From Tubulanus polymorphus (lineage: Eukaryota > Animalia > Nemertea): a stretch of DNA of 64,000 bases. The notes below the pieces were generated by a model. That model searched no databases and was not told the DNA's origin. It saw nothing but the letters and a program-made list of their open reading frames with translations. Positions 1 to 13,050 of this stretch are shown piece by piece. The position numbers and the translations under genes are program-made. Position 1 is the stretch's first letter. Each line of letters starts with the position of its first letter. Where the stretch lies: NCBI RefSeq assembly GCF_964204645.1, contig NC_134035.1:4154001-4218000 (forward strand), in the 5' to 3' direction.

Positions 1-276
1 ATCGGAAAGGCGATATCGCCTTATTGCAGCTATTTTATTTGTCGAAGCTTCTAAATTCTCCTATTAGAAATGCTTCGAAATTTAAGTAAATGACACTGGA
101 ATATCGTTAAAAGGCGTGTAATCTAATAAGAATAATATGCTTCTTAGAGTAGGACAATGTCGTGTATTTGAATATCAAATCTTTCTTTTATAAGTCTTTC
201 GATTTGTATAAAGTGCGTTTAAAATCGTGTACGCTTCTTAATATCATCATCGTCTATTTGTTATTCGAAATCTCAG

Positions 277-501
277 CCCATCTGCTTTATACTAAGACCC
301 GATATGCGGCCCTCAATTCGAGCGCGAATGATGAAGTATATGATTTCGATCGACCAATTCATTACGAACTGTCAAATCAATTTGTATTTGACATTGTTCG
401 GCCCGAAAGCTCTCGGTAAAACCGCCGGATATTGCTCGGGTCCTACACCTGACGTAGCTAAGATACCGCGCGTTTTACCACAGATACAGAATCCAGGATG
501 A
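277..501 (+). CDS. Possible terminal coding exon of an unidentified gene starting upstream of the window
   Basis: Open frame begins right after tctcag (PICFILRPDMRPSIRARMMKY...QIQNPG*), ends TGA TGA, with AATAAA at ~582. No family recognised. Confidence 0.25.
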   Translation, partial: PICFILRPDMRPSIRARMMKYMISIDQFITNCQINLYLTLFGPKALGKTAGYCSGPTPDVAKIPRVLPQIQNPG

Positions 502-616
502 TGAAACCTTGACGGAGAAAAACGTGATTTTTTTTCCTGTAAATATAGTTCAAACTGTGACGGAGATACTTTTTATGCGTGAATAAAAAGTTCCAAATGT
601 TTATCTCGAACTATTG

Positions 617-690
617 TAGTTTATCCAATGTTTCGACTATGTTAGTATGCCTGAAGATGGCCATGAAGATATAGTCGAAACGTTGAATAA
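617..690 (+). ncRNA. Minimal hammerhead-ribozyme motif (Penelope-type) with an inverted partial copy
   Basis: CTGAAGA(651)-T-stem II-ATAGTC-GAAAC-GTT. 617-640 is the reverse complement of the 3' half. Stems I and II are partly mismatched. Confidence 0.5.
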
Positions 691-2689
691 TCTGCGTGGT
701 CGAGCTAGGTGGTTTCGGGCGCCCGGACTCTTGCCTTCCCATTGAGGTTGCCACTTTTGTCAAGTCGAACATCGTTAAAACTTACATATTTTACATTTTA
801 TCATCCTCTCGGGCACCGTGCTTGATCTGAAAAACACCCTTGTCATTTCGTCTGGATCCCCGCATTTAAGATTTTTCTAGATTCGATTTTCTGTATACCC
901 GTCACGAACACGGACAAAGATTTTCATTCTCGTGGAGTATCACGGCGTGTGATCTATTCGGAAATGTGGTTTCAAGCCACGAGCAAGAGAGATGATTGCT
1001 CGTTTATTTTTTCAAGCTAGCTACTTCCCGCGTGTATCGGCATTAATGTGAAAATTCTCCTGTATCCCAGATCTACATGGCGCACACTCGCATACATACC
1101 ACTAGTGTCGGCATGTTGTTGTGACCGGCGGTGAGACGACGGTGTTTACCTTTGCGACAATTTAAATATAACGGAATGATGGAACAAACAGCTCGTGTAT
1201 GGATTTCGGATCCGGAACGCGCGCATTTGAAGATCGCGTACATCGTCGATAGATGGGAAAATCCTATAGTCGTGAATCGAGTATTGAAGTTTAGCAGCTT
1301 GAACTCTCAATCAACAGCTTCAGTTAATAGTTTAACTAAACAATCTCAATTTCTTATTACAAGTCATTTTCGACGATAGAATAGTTAGAAGTATATATTC
1401 GAAGTACAGTAATAAGGCATTGTAGAATTCCACTCCGAGAATAAATATTTTCTTTATTTTCGATTTATTTAAGATTTTATATCATCTTTACACCACGGAC
1501 TTAGATTGTTTCGTTAGTCAGTTATTGGTAGAGAAAGATTATTTATAGATATACGTTGAATGAATTGGAAGCTGAAGGAAGCATTTCAGACTTTTTATTC
1601 TTAGAGAGCCATTCTATATTATCTCTACAACACGGACTCGGAGTGTTTCATCAACGGTGTCTCCGAAGAGACATTCCAGGAGAAGAGTATTAGGATATAG
1701 ATGAAACGTCGAATGAATTAGAAGCCTAAGGAATCATTTCAAACGCTTTTTATTCTAAGTCATCTCTTCCTGGGGAGATAAAGTCGAAACGTTAGATCGA
1801 GAGGCAACGAGGATAAGCGTCTTGCCCGAGGACACTGCGGTTATGTACGGGGTTCCACGACCTAGCTGCCCGGAGTCGAACGCTGAAACCACTCGGCCAC
1901 ACCGCTACCCATCATCTCTACAACGCGGACTCAAGGGGCGTTCCATCAATGGTCATAGAAATCTGATGATTTCAAATTTATGCGTTACTATTAACCTTAA
2001 CGAACGTGCTTTTTGATCCGACCTCTCGAGTTCGTCTAAACAAGGTTACCTTAGAACAAAAACTCGATTTTCCCCGTTGCCCCTAAACATCGATGTCTAA
2101 CGAGGTTTTCGACCGTTATTGGAACACACTGAAAATATTGTTGCCGGCATCTCGCAATTCGGGTAATTAGCGCTTTTAAGCAATGCGACGTACACACGTC
2201 AGCCGGCTTGACTAACGAGCTTACGTTACCATTGTTCGCCCGCAAACTCGTCGTCGATTCAATAAGATTTATTCAGGTTTTTTAGAACTCGTTACTAATG
2301 CGACGTCAACTGCGCCGTAAACTGTGCACGTATTATATCAATTAAATCAGCTGCTGCTGCTGCGGCGGCCGTCGCGAGCTGGGAACGGCGTATTAAAACG
2401 CAATACCTGTATCAGTGCCGAGATGTCTTTAGTATTATCGTAATATTCATCAAATATTGTATATTCCGTGCCCCGTTATTAGTTTACAGAGCGATGAAAA
2501 CGGAGCTTTATTGCATGCATGCATGCTGCCTCTGTTTTATGGATTCGGTTACCCTTATATTTATGCGCTATATCGGTGATATTAATATTTTTAAAGTTGG
2601 TCTTTAAATGTATCTATTTACCCCAATATTATTCAAGCCAGTTAAATCCTTTTGTATTCAGTGTTTTAAATTACTTCAAATGTTATCAT

Positions 2690-2810
2690 TGTAAACCGCT
2701 TTGAAACGCACGTGTAAGGCGGTATGGAAATAAACATTATTATCATTATTATATCATTATTACTGATAACTGTTAATATTACTATTATCATCATTATCTT
2801 TATTTTTATT
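2690..2810 (+). mobile_element. L2/CR1-type LINE or SINE 3' tail
   Basis: tgtaaaccgctttga...gtaaggcggtat..aaataaa followed by an (ATT)n-like tail. Confidence 0.4.
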
Positions 2811-3736
2811 ATGAGAGACTAAACGCTGTATGATTTGCCTGCAATTAAATTCACAGGAGACTAATGTGTCGATACATTTAGGCGAACTCGGTGCGAAGAC
2901 TGATCCGCCCTAATAAATTCGCCGTATCAAAATATGTCTAAGAGAAAAAATGAAAATAAATGTAAAATCCCACATTGTTGAAAGACTAAAAAGTTTATTC
3001 GAAATACTAGAAGTATTTCGGGTGGCTACTACTGATCTTACTGATTCAATATGTCTTAGAAATATCGCTACCGCTGTTTACAGCTGTGTCTTAAAAAGGA
3101 GCAAAAAGTTGAAGCCCATAGTCTTTGGTTTTACAGCAATCGGATGTATTCAAACAAGTCTAAACTCATGTCTTTCAAAACATTATTGGCGTCGGCGGCG
3201 ACGGCTTATTGACCATATTCCAACTGTATCAAACTTTGAAATCAAATTTCCTAAATCGAAACGAAACGTTACGTCGTCGGTGGCTTTCTCGTGTCATTTC
3301 CACAATACGGCAATCACAGGTCGGTCCTATATACTGACGATGATGCCGCGCCAGATTTGCTGCGAATTTATCGAGAATTTACGAGGTTTCGTTTTGAGGA
3401 AACCGCCGGCTTCAGGTACACTGATGCCGCGGTGTTAGCGGTATAATAGAGCACGACTCGACGCCGACGCCGCTCGCGCGTCCATATGCTACGTTCTTTT
3501 GCGGTGGGTGGACACGCCGTAACGGCAGTCGTAGTAACGGTGATCGGTTGCTGTGGTCTGTTGTTACAGACACGAAATACGGCCGTTCGTCGTTCGGCTG
3601 AAACATTCACTCGACATTAAACGTATCATGCATTGATTCGGCGCATGTAATTTCTGTTTTATGGATTGAATAACACGTCACCGACAGGCGTAAAATAATT
3701 GCGAGTTGGCCGAGATATCTAGATATCTACAAGCGG

Positions 3737-4140
3737 GACCGACCGACCGACCGACCGACCGACCGACCGACCGACCGACCGACCGACCGACCGACCGACC
3801 GACCGACCGACCGACCGACCGACCGACCGACCGACCGACCGACCGACCGACCGACCGACCGACCGACCGACCGACCGACCGACCGACCGACCGACCGACC
3901 GACCGACCGACCGACCGACCGACCGACCGACCGACCGACCGACCGACCGACCGACCGACCGACCGACCGACCGACCGACCGACCGACCGACCGACCGACC
4001 GACCGACCGACCGACCGACCGACCGACCGACCGACCGACCGACCGACCGACCGACCGACCGACCGACCGACCGACCGACCGACCGACCGACCGACCGACC
4101 GACCGACCGACCGACCGACCGACCGACCGACCGACCGACC
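3737..4140. repeat. (GACC)n microsatellite, ~100 units
   Basis: Perfect tetranucleotide run. Confidence 0.98.
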
Positions 4141-4263
4141 TGCGGCTGCGGCGGCTGCGGCGGCTACTGCTGCTGCTGCGGCGGCTACTGCTGCTGCTGC
4201 TGCGGCTACTGCTGCTGCTACCCCGCTGCTACTACAGCCCCCACCACCGCCGCCGCTGCTGCT
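4141..4263. repeat. Compound (TGC/GGC/GCC)n trinucleotide repeat
   Basis: Directly abuts the GACC run. Confidence 0.9.
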
Positions 4264-5131
4264 GGTTTTATCGAACTGCTAATTTCCAACCAAACGTGTT
4301 TCTTTTCAAATTAGTCGCCGTCTAAAACAATGAAAATATGATAAATCTTCCCGAGTCTAATATTAGACAAATAATATAAGCGATTGATCCTTTAAGTCTT
4401 GCCAGCTCGCGCGCTGCCATGACAACTTTTTGTTTACCTGCCCTCGGGTGTCTTCTCTGTTTCTCCCCTCTCACTACCGGGAGAGAGGTGTTATCCTCGC
4501 GTAAAATAGTTTACGGTATTCCGCTGTCATGGCGACTGTTGTAAGTCTTGGTAATCAGTCGCGCATTGGCAGGGATGGGAAAAAAGGGCAAACTTTCGAA
4601 TGAGCAGTAAGTAATCCAGTTAGCGAGACTTATGTTCATCCAAAGCCGATTGCAAAATTCTGGAAAAAAACTCTGAATGAAATTAACGCCTAGATCTTCG
4701 AAAGGTTAACAATAGTTTTCAGGCTTGCAAAAGCTACTGTTATTTCGCGCATTTCTATCGGGAAGGTGGAGTCCAAGGGGATGATTAAAGAAATCGGAAT
4801 TTTCGCTGGTGCCTATTCAGACGATAACAAGAATAAATATTGTCGGTGATGGTCATTCAATGAACCCTATCAAGTACCATTAAGAACCATTTGAGGATAC
4901 TGCAAAATATCTCTTTGGATGGAATTTTTCTTCAAAGTAACTTTGCAAGGAGCTTTCCAAAAATGGTTCAACCTTTTTTGACGAACTTCTTCAAAGAACC
5001 TTAAGGGCTCTCCCTGGGTGGCGGCAAGGCAAGACACCCACGTAACGGTTCTACAGGTTCTAAGAGTGATGGGGTCTCGGATGAAATATTCGCAGTATTG
5101 CGGTAGTCTATATCTGTCTGATAATGTTACT

Positions 5132-5740
<609 letters not shown>

Positions 5741-6113
5741 TCGTCGTCACATCACGCGCACCGGTGTGACGTGTGACGGGTTCTATTATATTCAACTCAT
5801 GAAAGGATCACACTCACATCACGTCTGGAATTCTAATCCCGAATAGAATTATTCAACGCTCAGTTTTCATAAGCGCGATTACATTTGCGCTGAAACTAAA
5901 GTTGTATCTAACGGTCGATTTGATGGATTGGAGAAATCGGATAGAAGTAGCCCGTACACACTCTGACGTGGAACCCACTATATATACAATTCAAATAGAT
6001 TCCAAAACAAAACTAAAATCTGAACATTCGAATTATTTGAAAACTTTCAAATGAAATTATACAAGGATATCAACAACTTATCAACTACTTTACAACATCG
6101 CCTAAATAGGTCT

Positions 6114-6220
6114 AGGGGGTCCGATTGAACCAGGTAAGCCTTGAGGGCCTGGGGCGCCGGGCAGACCGTTGACCTTCATCTCACTTGTGTCCCGAGACAC
6201 CAGCCTCACCGGGGGTATTA
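6114..6220 (-). pseudogene. Orphan collagen triple-helix exon fragment
   Basis: Minus strand after ttctttag reads (N)TP-GEA-GVS-GHK-*DE-GQ[frameshift]-GLP-GAP-GPQ-GLP-GSI-GPP: Gly-X-Y periodicity, one stop at a Gly position and one frameshift. Confidence 0.75.
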
Positions 6221-6473
6221 CTAAAGAATTAGAAATAGAAGAAACGACGTCTCGGACCTTTTTCTAGGTTTGAAATTAGAGTTTAGAAATTAGATTGTTG
6301 TAGAAATTAGAATTTACAAATTCGAATTTCGACATAACTTTACAATTGATGCTAATCTATCATCGTCGTCAAGTTTGAAATCTACTTTTCAGGTATCCAA
6401 GATGTAACGATTTTTACACATATTCTTCAATATTGTCGATATTCTATTTCGGATTTCATATTCGAAAGGAAAA

Positions 6474-9400
6474 ATGTTCGGCATCAGTTCGCAGCAACTG
6501 TCGATGAACGCGTTGTTCAATTTGCTATGGCTGTGTCTCGTAGAAGCCGGTAAGTATACGCAGGATGCGCATATATATTTTATGCAACCTTCCAGCCGCT
6601 GAGCGTTCACCGGCGTGAAGAGACGCGCGCAAAGAGCTCTCGACCGAGAAATTAGGGTACAAGGACAGCGACTCGAATCTACGATTGGAGACCTACTCGG
6701 ATAAGAATGAGTTTTTGGAGGGAAGTCTGAGGCAACGCGTCATAAAGCGCAATTTAGATATAACGCGAAAATGAAAAAGCCAAAACTCGATCATAAATTA
6801 TTTCCAGCGGGAAAAGACACTCGTAGAAATGCGCTCGACTTCCATCTGTAGTTTTACGCTGTTGCAATATCCGATATCGGCATTTAGTACAATTGGCGAA
6901 TGAGAGCGCAAATCTGTTTAAATGATGCTCGGTTGGGCTTCAAACCGCTCAGTTGTACCGGGAACAGATACTGTTTTCCGGCAGTTTATTCCACTCGAGC
7001 GTCGGTTTGACAAAAAACGAGTTTTTTTTATGTCGTTCACTGTTCGCTCGAGGAACAACGAAACTTCCAGTAACAATTGGCGATGTTCGTCGATGAGTAG
7101 TCTCTATAACCTACGAGCAATCATCTCAATATTGAGATGATTGCTCGTAGCGCGTTTGCAGACTACCTCGTCTGTCTCGGAGTACCGCGGTACTGATGAC
7201 GGTATATTGCCGGTGCCAACCCTCCGATACCCAAATCGAAATACACTTTTTCCTTTTCGCTAAAAACAATACATACACATTGTTCGAAATGTCACCTGCG
7301 TCGAAGAACTGTGTAAAATCTATAGTTCGTCAATGTTATAAGAAATAATTGTTGTTTTGCTTTTCAATTTCTCATACAGTAACGAATAAATGCCTGAAGG
7401 ACGCGCAGTTTCAAGATCGCGACTGGAATATTTATTGGTGTTACGAACCGACCGTGGAATGTTGCCACAAAGATAATACGGCAACCTGTTGCGAACGCAA
7501 GTCCACTACAGATATGTAAGTTCGGTATATCTCATGACAAAAAATGTGATCGAAGACGACAGCCTTTATCGAGGCATTTTAGCCTATATTGGTGATCACC
7601 GTTGATCAAACGCTATATCCGTGTTGTGACGATACTATAACGAAAATCCCACAATAATGACGACAAAAAATAAAGTCTGAAAATGTTTCCTTGAGCTGGT
7701 AGTTTATTCGACGTTACAACTATATACTAGATAGTCATCCTCAGGAATGAATGACAATGACTCATCATATTGTGGGATTCTAGTTATTTTATTATGTCGG
7801 TGATAGCTGGAATTCCGTAGTAGCCTCAAACATGAATGGTTCCAATATATAATGTTAGATAATAGTAAAAACGCAATTATCAAAACTATCGACTCGAGAG
7901 TCGATATCGATGAAACGTGAACTGGGGCGGCTCCAGAAATGAGCGGAGGGGCTCAAGCGCAGCGAAACCCCATATCCTTCTTGGAACCGCCCCTGGTGAA
8001 ATATGTAAATAACATTATTCAATCATGCTGAAAATTTTAACGGCTGCGTTTCTACTATCGATTCACTGTCCGGATACCTTTCCGAAACCGTATTTGCAAT
8101 AAAATGTTGTTTTTTGTTTTTTTTCAGGAACACTAATCTGATATTGTGGGGATCGATTTTCGGCATCGTCGGCTTGGTCGTGTTGATTTACGCTTGTTAC
8201 AAATTTGAAAATAACTGTTGCGGTGGCGACGAGCCGTGGCAGGATCGTATGAAAAACTCGGTCTGTTGGTGAGTGTGCAGCGCTATCCGGGACATAAGCA
8301 GCCGTTCGAAAATGTGTGACCTCGTCTCCCGTATAGTCATCGCAAACTAAAGACCAGCCTAAGACCATTTTAGTTCTATTGCCAATCTAACAAGACCACT
8401 ATCTAAGACTGTTCTAAATTTCTGGGGCCGGTTGCATAGTCATGGCTTAGACTTAAGACCAGTCTAAGACCAACTAAGCTCTATAGCCAATACAACAACT
8501 TAAGACCAGTCTTAAGATTTAAGACCGCTTTTGGACTTAAGTCACGACTGTGCAACTGGCCCCTGGACTAAAGTTTCGACTATGGAACCGGCCCAGCCCA
8601 ACAGCTACGTGTATTAAGATCGGCTCGGTGAATAGTCAAATTTAAGTGATCGTTTCAAAAATCAAATTTGACTTAGACTTTGACTTTTGAAAGATTTTTG
8701 CGAACAGCATGTATATATAGGAAAGGACCCCGATAACCAGAGCCGCAGCCAACCTTTCCTGATTTTTGGTATTTTGTTACTATTTGTCCTGAGAAATACC
8801 GATATCATTTGTTTGTCGTGTATGAGAAATGTGAACGTTGTTACAGAGGGTATCATACCATTGATTACAGATTGATTTAAAAATTTCTTGAACAAACTGA
8901 ACCATTCATTCATTGATAGCACTTTAAGAGGTTGGCGGCCCTGGAAATGGGTTGACGCACTAGTATCGTTGAGTTGACAGTCTTAATGTAAAATCGTAAT
9001 TCGTCTAATATCTACTCAAACGCCAAGTGCACTAGAGTCAACCATAATTCAGTGAATATTCGCTGAATAAGAATGTTTGATTTTGATTTATTCACCTATT
9101 TCATGCTCAGAACTCTCACTTTTCGAAAAACCCGCAGTTGATAATCAAAACATGGTTTAGATAAACGCTGAAACTGGCAAACAATATCACCAACTGTGGG
9201 TTTTTATATCGCCCCCCCCCCCCCAACAACGCGTTGTGGGGAGGGGGACGTAAATTTCATCGCCTAGCTGTCTGTCCGTCCGTCAGTCCGCAGTGGCTTC
9301 CTTGCCCTCGCACCCCACCTTAACCCTTTGGCAGATTTTCCTGAAATTCAACGACCACGTTGTACTAGACGACATCAGTAACTGAATAGATTTTGGGTCC

Positions 9401-10164
9401 TGTAGGTCCACGGTCAAGCTCACAGGAAGCAGTTTTGTGATTCTCGTTTACGCGCTTTTCGTGAAATTTAGTGGATGGATCATACTAGAGACTGCCTGTA
9501 ACTGATTAGATTACGGGTCCTGTAGATCGAAGGTCAAGGTCACCGGAAGCTGTTTCGTATATTTCATTTCCGGGCTCCAACGGTTTAAGGTAACAATTTT
9601 TTAGGTGAAATTTGATGCATGGGTTATTCTAGACACTGTGGGTAACTGATAAGATTTCGGGTCCTGTAGGTCAAAGGTCGAGGGCACCACAAGCTGTTTT
9701 CTATTTTCCATTTCCTGCCTTCACAAACCATGCGCGGGCATCAGTCGTCTTCGGCGACATTCTAGTTACTAATCAAATTCTAGAATATCCTTTTTCCTGC
9801 GTTTAAGCGAGGTTCATATATGTTTTCCTGTAACATTTTCAGCGTATGTATCAGGCGTTTCAAGCATAAAACCTTCGAAAAACTTTCACGAAACGGACGC
9901 TGCGTGACCCCGGAGGCCGGAGCCAAACGACTCGCCGAAGAGGATATCGAAAACAACGGCGACCGCCACAATACGGTAAAATTGAGCAACATCCATAACG
10001 ACCCGTCGATACCGCCGGATATATCGGAGGCGCCCACATTTCCGGTGCCGCCGACGACGACGAAAAAGTTTATAAACACGGACACTTTAGAATTAGTCAA
10101 CGTGCAACGTAACAACGCTTTACCGCCGCTCAACCATCAACCATTACAGATAACAACGACATAG
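6474..10164 (+). CDS. Shisa-like (WBP1/VOPP1/TMEM92-type, six-Cys) single-pass membrane protein, ~224 aa; exons 6474-6549, 7380-7515, 8128-8268, 9843-10164
   Basis: GT-AG introns with matching phases (1,2,2). Signal peptide MFGISSQQLSMNALFNLLWLCLVEA; ectodomain C-x15-C-x6-CC-x7-CC; TM LILWGSIFGIVGLVVLIYAC; juxtamembrane Cys clusters (CC, CCVC); Pro-rich tail. Confidence 0.8.
7642..7780 (-). mobile_element. Short inverted-repeat element carrying a decayed hammerhead motif
   Basis: Ends aatcccacaata / tattgtgggattc. Minus strand reads ATTC-CTGAGGA-T-GACTAT..ATAGTT-GTAAC-GTC-GAAT. Same family as 51715-51874. Confidence 0.6.
8425..8562. mobile_element. PIF/Harbinger-like MITE nested in an older copy of the same family (~8330-8595)
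   Basis: TIRs gggccggttgcatagtc / gactgtgcaactggccc, CTG duplicated on both sides, internal taagacc repeats. Confidence 0.75.
9202..9767 (+). mobile_element. Non-autonomous Helentron/Helitron-like (HINE/DINE-1-type) element
   Basis: 5' C/G palindrome, (GTCC)n microsatellite, three ~125-bp core repeats with ggtcaaggtca, 3' hairpin gtcgtcttcggcgac then CTAG-TT. Confidence 0.65.
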
Positions 10165-11554
10165 AACTACGCACCCGCCGCCGCCCGCCGTCCACAAATA
10201 ACATTCAGATAGGTCCAGCTACCACCACAGGGACGGATCCCGAAATTTGACCAAAGGGGGGGTCAAGTGCAGTGTTTTACTAAGATATATTTTTTCTCTA
10301 TTTCAATGATAAATGCATTCATGAACATTCGTGCATTTTACCTCAGTAACCAAAACCAATCGATATGGATTTGAATTGTGGTTAGTTTCATCATTAATAT
10401 GATTGATAACACTATCAGAAAATTTTCGAACATGGAGCAGGGGGTAGAATTTCCGTACCCACTATCAACCATCAACACACTTTTACCCCTCATCCTAGTA
10501 GATTTCAACTAGTAGTTAGTAGTTTTAGATTCCCATAGATCCCACACTATACAGGACCGTCGCACAATGTCACTGAACTAAAAACTTTACATCGAAAATA
10601 GAACTAATTCTATTTCTAATAAGGGCCTAAGTTTGTAATAAGTTTTCAGTTCAATAACAATTAGTAGGATTTTGTGTTTTATTACTATGCATCTCGGGTA
10701 AACAATTTCAAGTGATTCGTACGTGAAAATGTGATCGTACTTGAAGTAGGAAAGCCCGTCGCCTTATTAAGTAGAATATCTTTTAGAGAGCATTGGCGTA
10801 ATTTATAGTTCGTTCGGGTTCATCCCAACTGCTTTTCGTTTATTTCTATTTTTACAGATAAGTCGTTACTAATGTGTAGTAGCACAAAAAAGCACCAGTA
10901 GCGCGTTAGTTCTTTACCAGACGCGATCAATTCACTTTTTGCACTTTGCTTACCAGTTGTTAGAAAAACAATAAACCAAGAACTCTTCTCTCGGCGAAAG
11001 CGTGTTTTTATATTACTAACCACCCGAAATGTTGCCTCGCGCTTACTTAACGATGTAGGCCTACACCGGGCCGTGGACTACTCTATCTATGCGAAAATAC
11101 TGGCGGATTGTGTGCGAAATAAACTCAACGCGATGGTTGAATAATCATCGTCGAAACAAACTGCTGATATATAAAACAAGCTACATAATCTATGATAGTC
11201 AGACTGCGTGAAATAAAAACTGTGAAAAAAATGAATACTGTATGTTATATAGTATTGTATATCTGTTAGCTAATATAGGAAATGCCGCCAATGATGTTAG
11301 CCGTAAAACTGTCGATACGAAAAACATTTCGACATCTGAATTCGTCCAGATATTCGACCGGCTGTCCCCGGGGTAATATAATAAAGTATACATTATCCGT
11401 CGGCGGAATAAGGATTTACAATTTGACATTTATGAATAATGTATAGTTATGTTCGACATGTGACAGGATGTTGTGCTAAGTGCAAGTGAAAGTCGCTGTA
11501 AACACGAAGGCGGGAACAATGCGAATCTGTTTACACGTGTAGATAACCACTGAG

Positions 11555-11622
11555 CTAAGTGGATGTGGTCTATTGGTTAGCTCTTTCTCGATACGAGATC
11601 CGGGTTCGATTCCCGGTCAGCC
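11555..11622 (+). mobile_element. tRNA-derived SINE head or tRNA pseudogene
   Basis: A-box-like TGGTCTATTGG and B-box GGTTCGATTCC in a T-arm (ccggg/cccgg). No intact cloverleaf. Confidence 0.5.
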
Positions 11623-12494
11623 GTCGCCTTCGTTACGTCACTACTCCCTTACGAAATTAATAAGAAAACTAAATGAATAAAAAGAATTTATTTATTGATT
11701 ATCAAAATGAGATGGGTAGTGTGTAATTAGGCCTTTTTACTTGGAGTACGGATCTGCCTCCCAGAATTCTGCAAATCATCAAATTAAAGAAATAATTTCT
11801 AGCCCTCCTTTGAATTTTCATTTTTCAATAAAAAATTTTTTGTTGTTGTCATGTCCATCTTATTATCTTCAAAAGTTTTTTTTCCATTTCTCCCATCATT
11901 TGAATCAAATTCATCACAATTTTCACTCCTTTTTTCTTGAAAAAGATCCGTACTCAGTTATCAGAAAAAGGCCTTATGAATGCACACCTCACTGCCTGTA
12001 ACCATTACTCTTCAATAAGGTAAGATTTTCACCCGCTGCCGGAGAAAGTCTACTACTCCACAAACCACTGACACACAACATGCTCGGAAAAATGGCATAA
12101 TCAGAATTATCGTTGGTCATCAGTAAGTGATCACATCATCAGTTCACTGGCCACCGCACCCTAGAGACTTTCTTTTACTACAATTATTACGTTAAGAACA
12201 GTCATGTGAATACTATGGGAAATGTTGATTAAAGAAATATAACAAACTACATTTTCATAGCAACTAACATTAAATATTTTATTTCATGCAATTGTTTTTA
12301 CATTATATATCCATACAATGGGATAAATACGTACATGTAAGTTTGTGCTTTTACATTGTACGATAATGTAAGAACAAGCCGATGTTCGGACGGTGATAGT
12401 CGCCTCACGCGGTTTCACTTCCATTCAGGTTTGCATTTCGATGTAAGCTACACCGCCGTATTTGGCATCGAAACCTAATCAAAGACAACCTTCA

Positions 12495-12691
12495 TTCTTA
12501 TTGGTTAGCGGCTTCCGCGGCGCGAAAGCTCTCGCCAATCGGCGCGCGCGTGTGCCTCTATACTCCGCTAGGTGACCGGTCTCGACGCCGTGCCCATTCG
12601 TTCTACCAGGCGCGCTATACACACACAGAACGAAGTCGTCATTCGATGGAATGTTTGCGGACTGGTAGATGACCGCGTACGGATCGTGCAC
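12495..12691 (+). promoter_or_regulatory. Putative promoter and non-coding first exon of the archaemetzincin gene
   Basis: CpG-rich, ATTGG (~12500) and CCAAT (~12535) boxes, strong donor ACG|GTAAGA at ~12692. Confidence 0.3.
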
Positions 12692-13050
12692 GGTAAGATA
12701 GCGCCGTTGAGGAGAATACGTTTGTTTGCTATTGATCTCCGGAGAGCTGTAATACATACATAGCTTCACATTATGCGCTGTTGGTAGCAGGCGCATTCGA
12801 CTACTCTACAGTGAAACCGAAACCTTATCTATCCGGGACAGAGCGCTAACGCGTCATGATATAGCCGATATGTATTGCGTTAGTGAAAGGAGATGGGAGT
12901 AGGCCTCGTGTTTGGATCGATTCAAAAAACGCGATGGAACTCGACGCAGTTGATCTAGCCTGCGTCTGATAGTTACTGATTTAGTCTAGTTCTAGCTACT
13001 GGTGAGAACCCCGTTAAATATTCTAGTCCCGGCGTAATAACTATTTTCCG

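Noticed and set aside
3412-3610. Minus-strand exon after a TTTCAG acceptor
   Set aside because: Two open frames, no recognisable motif and no partner exons found
7192-7245. CTGATGA followed by a hairpin as a hammerhead
   Set aside because: No GAAA directly after stem II
11555-11622. Functional tRNA gene
   Set aside because: Acceptor and anticodon stems do not form; SINE-like remnant
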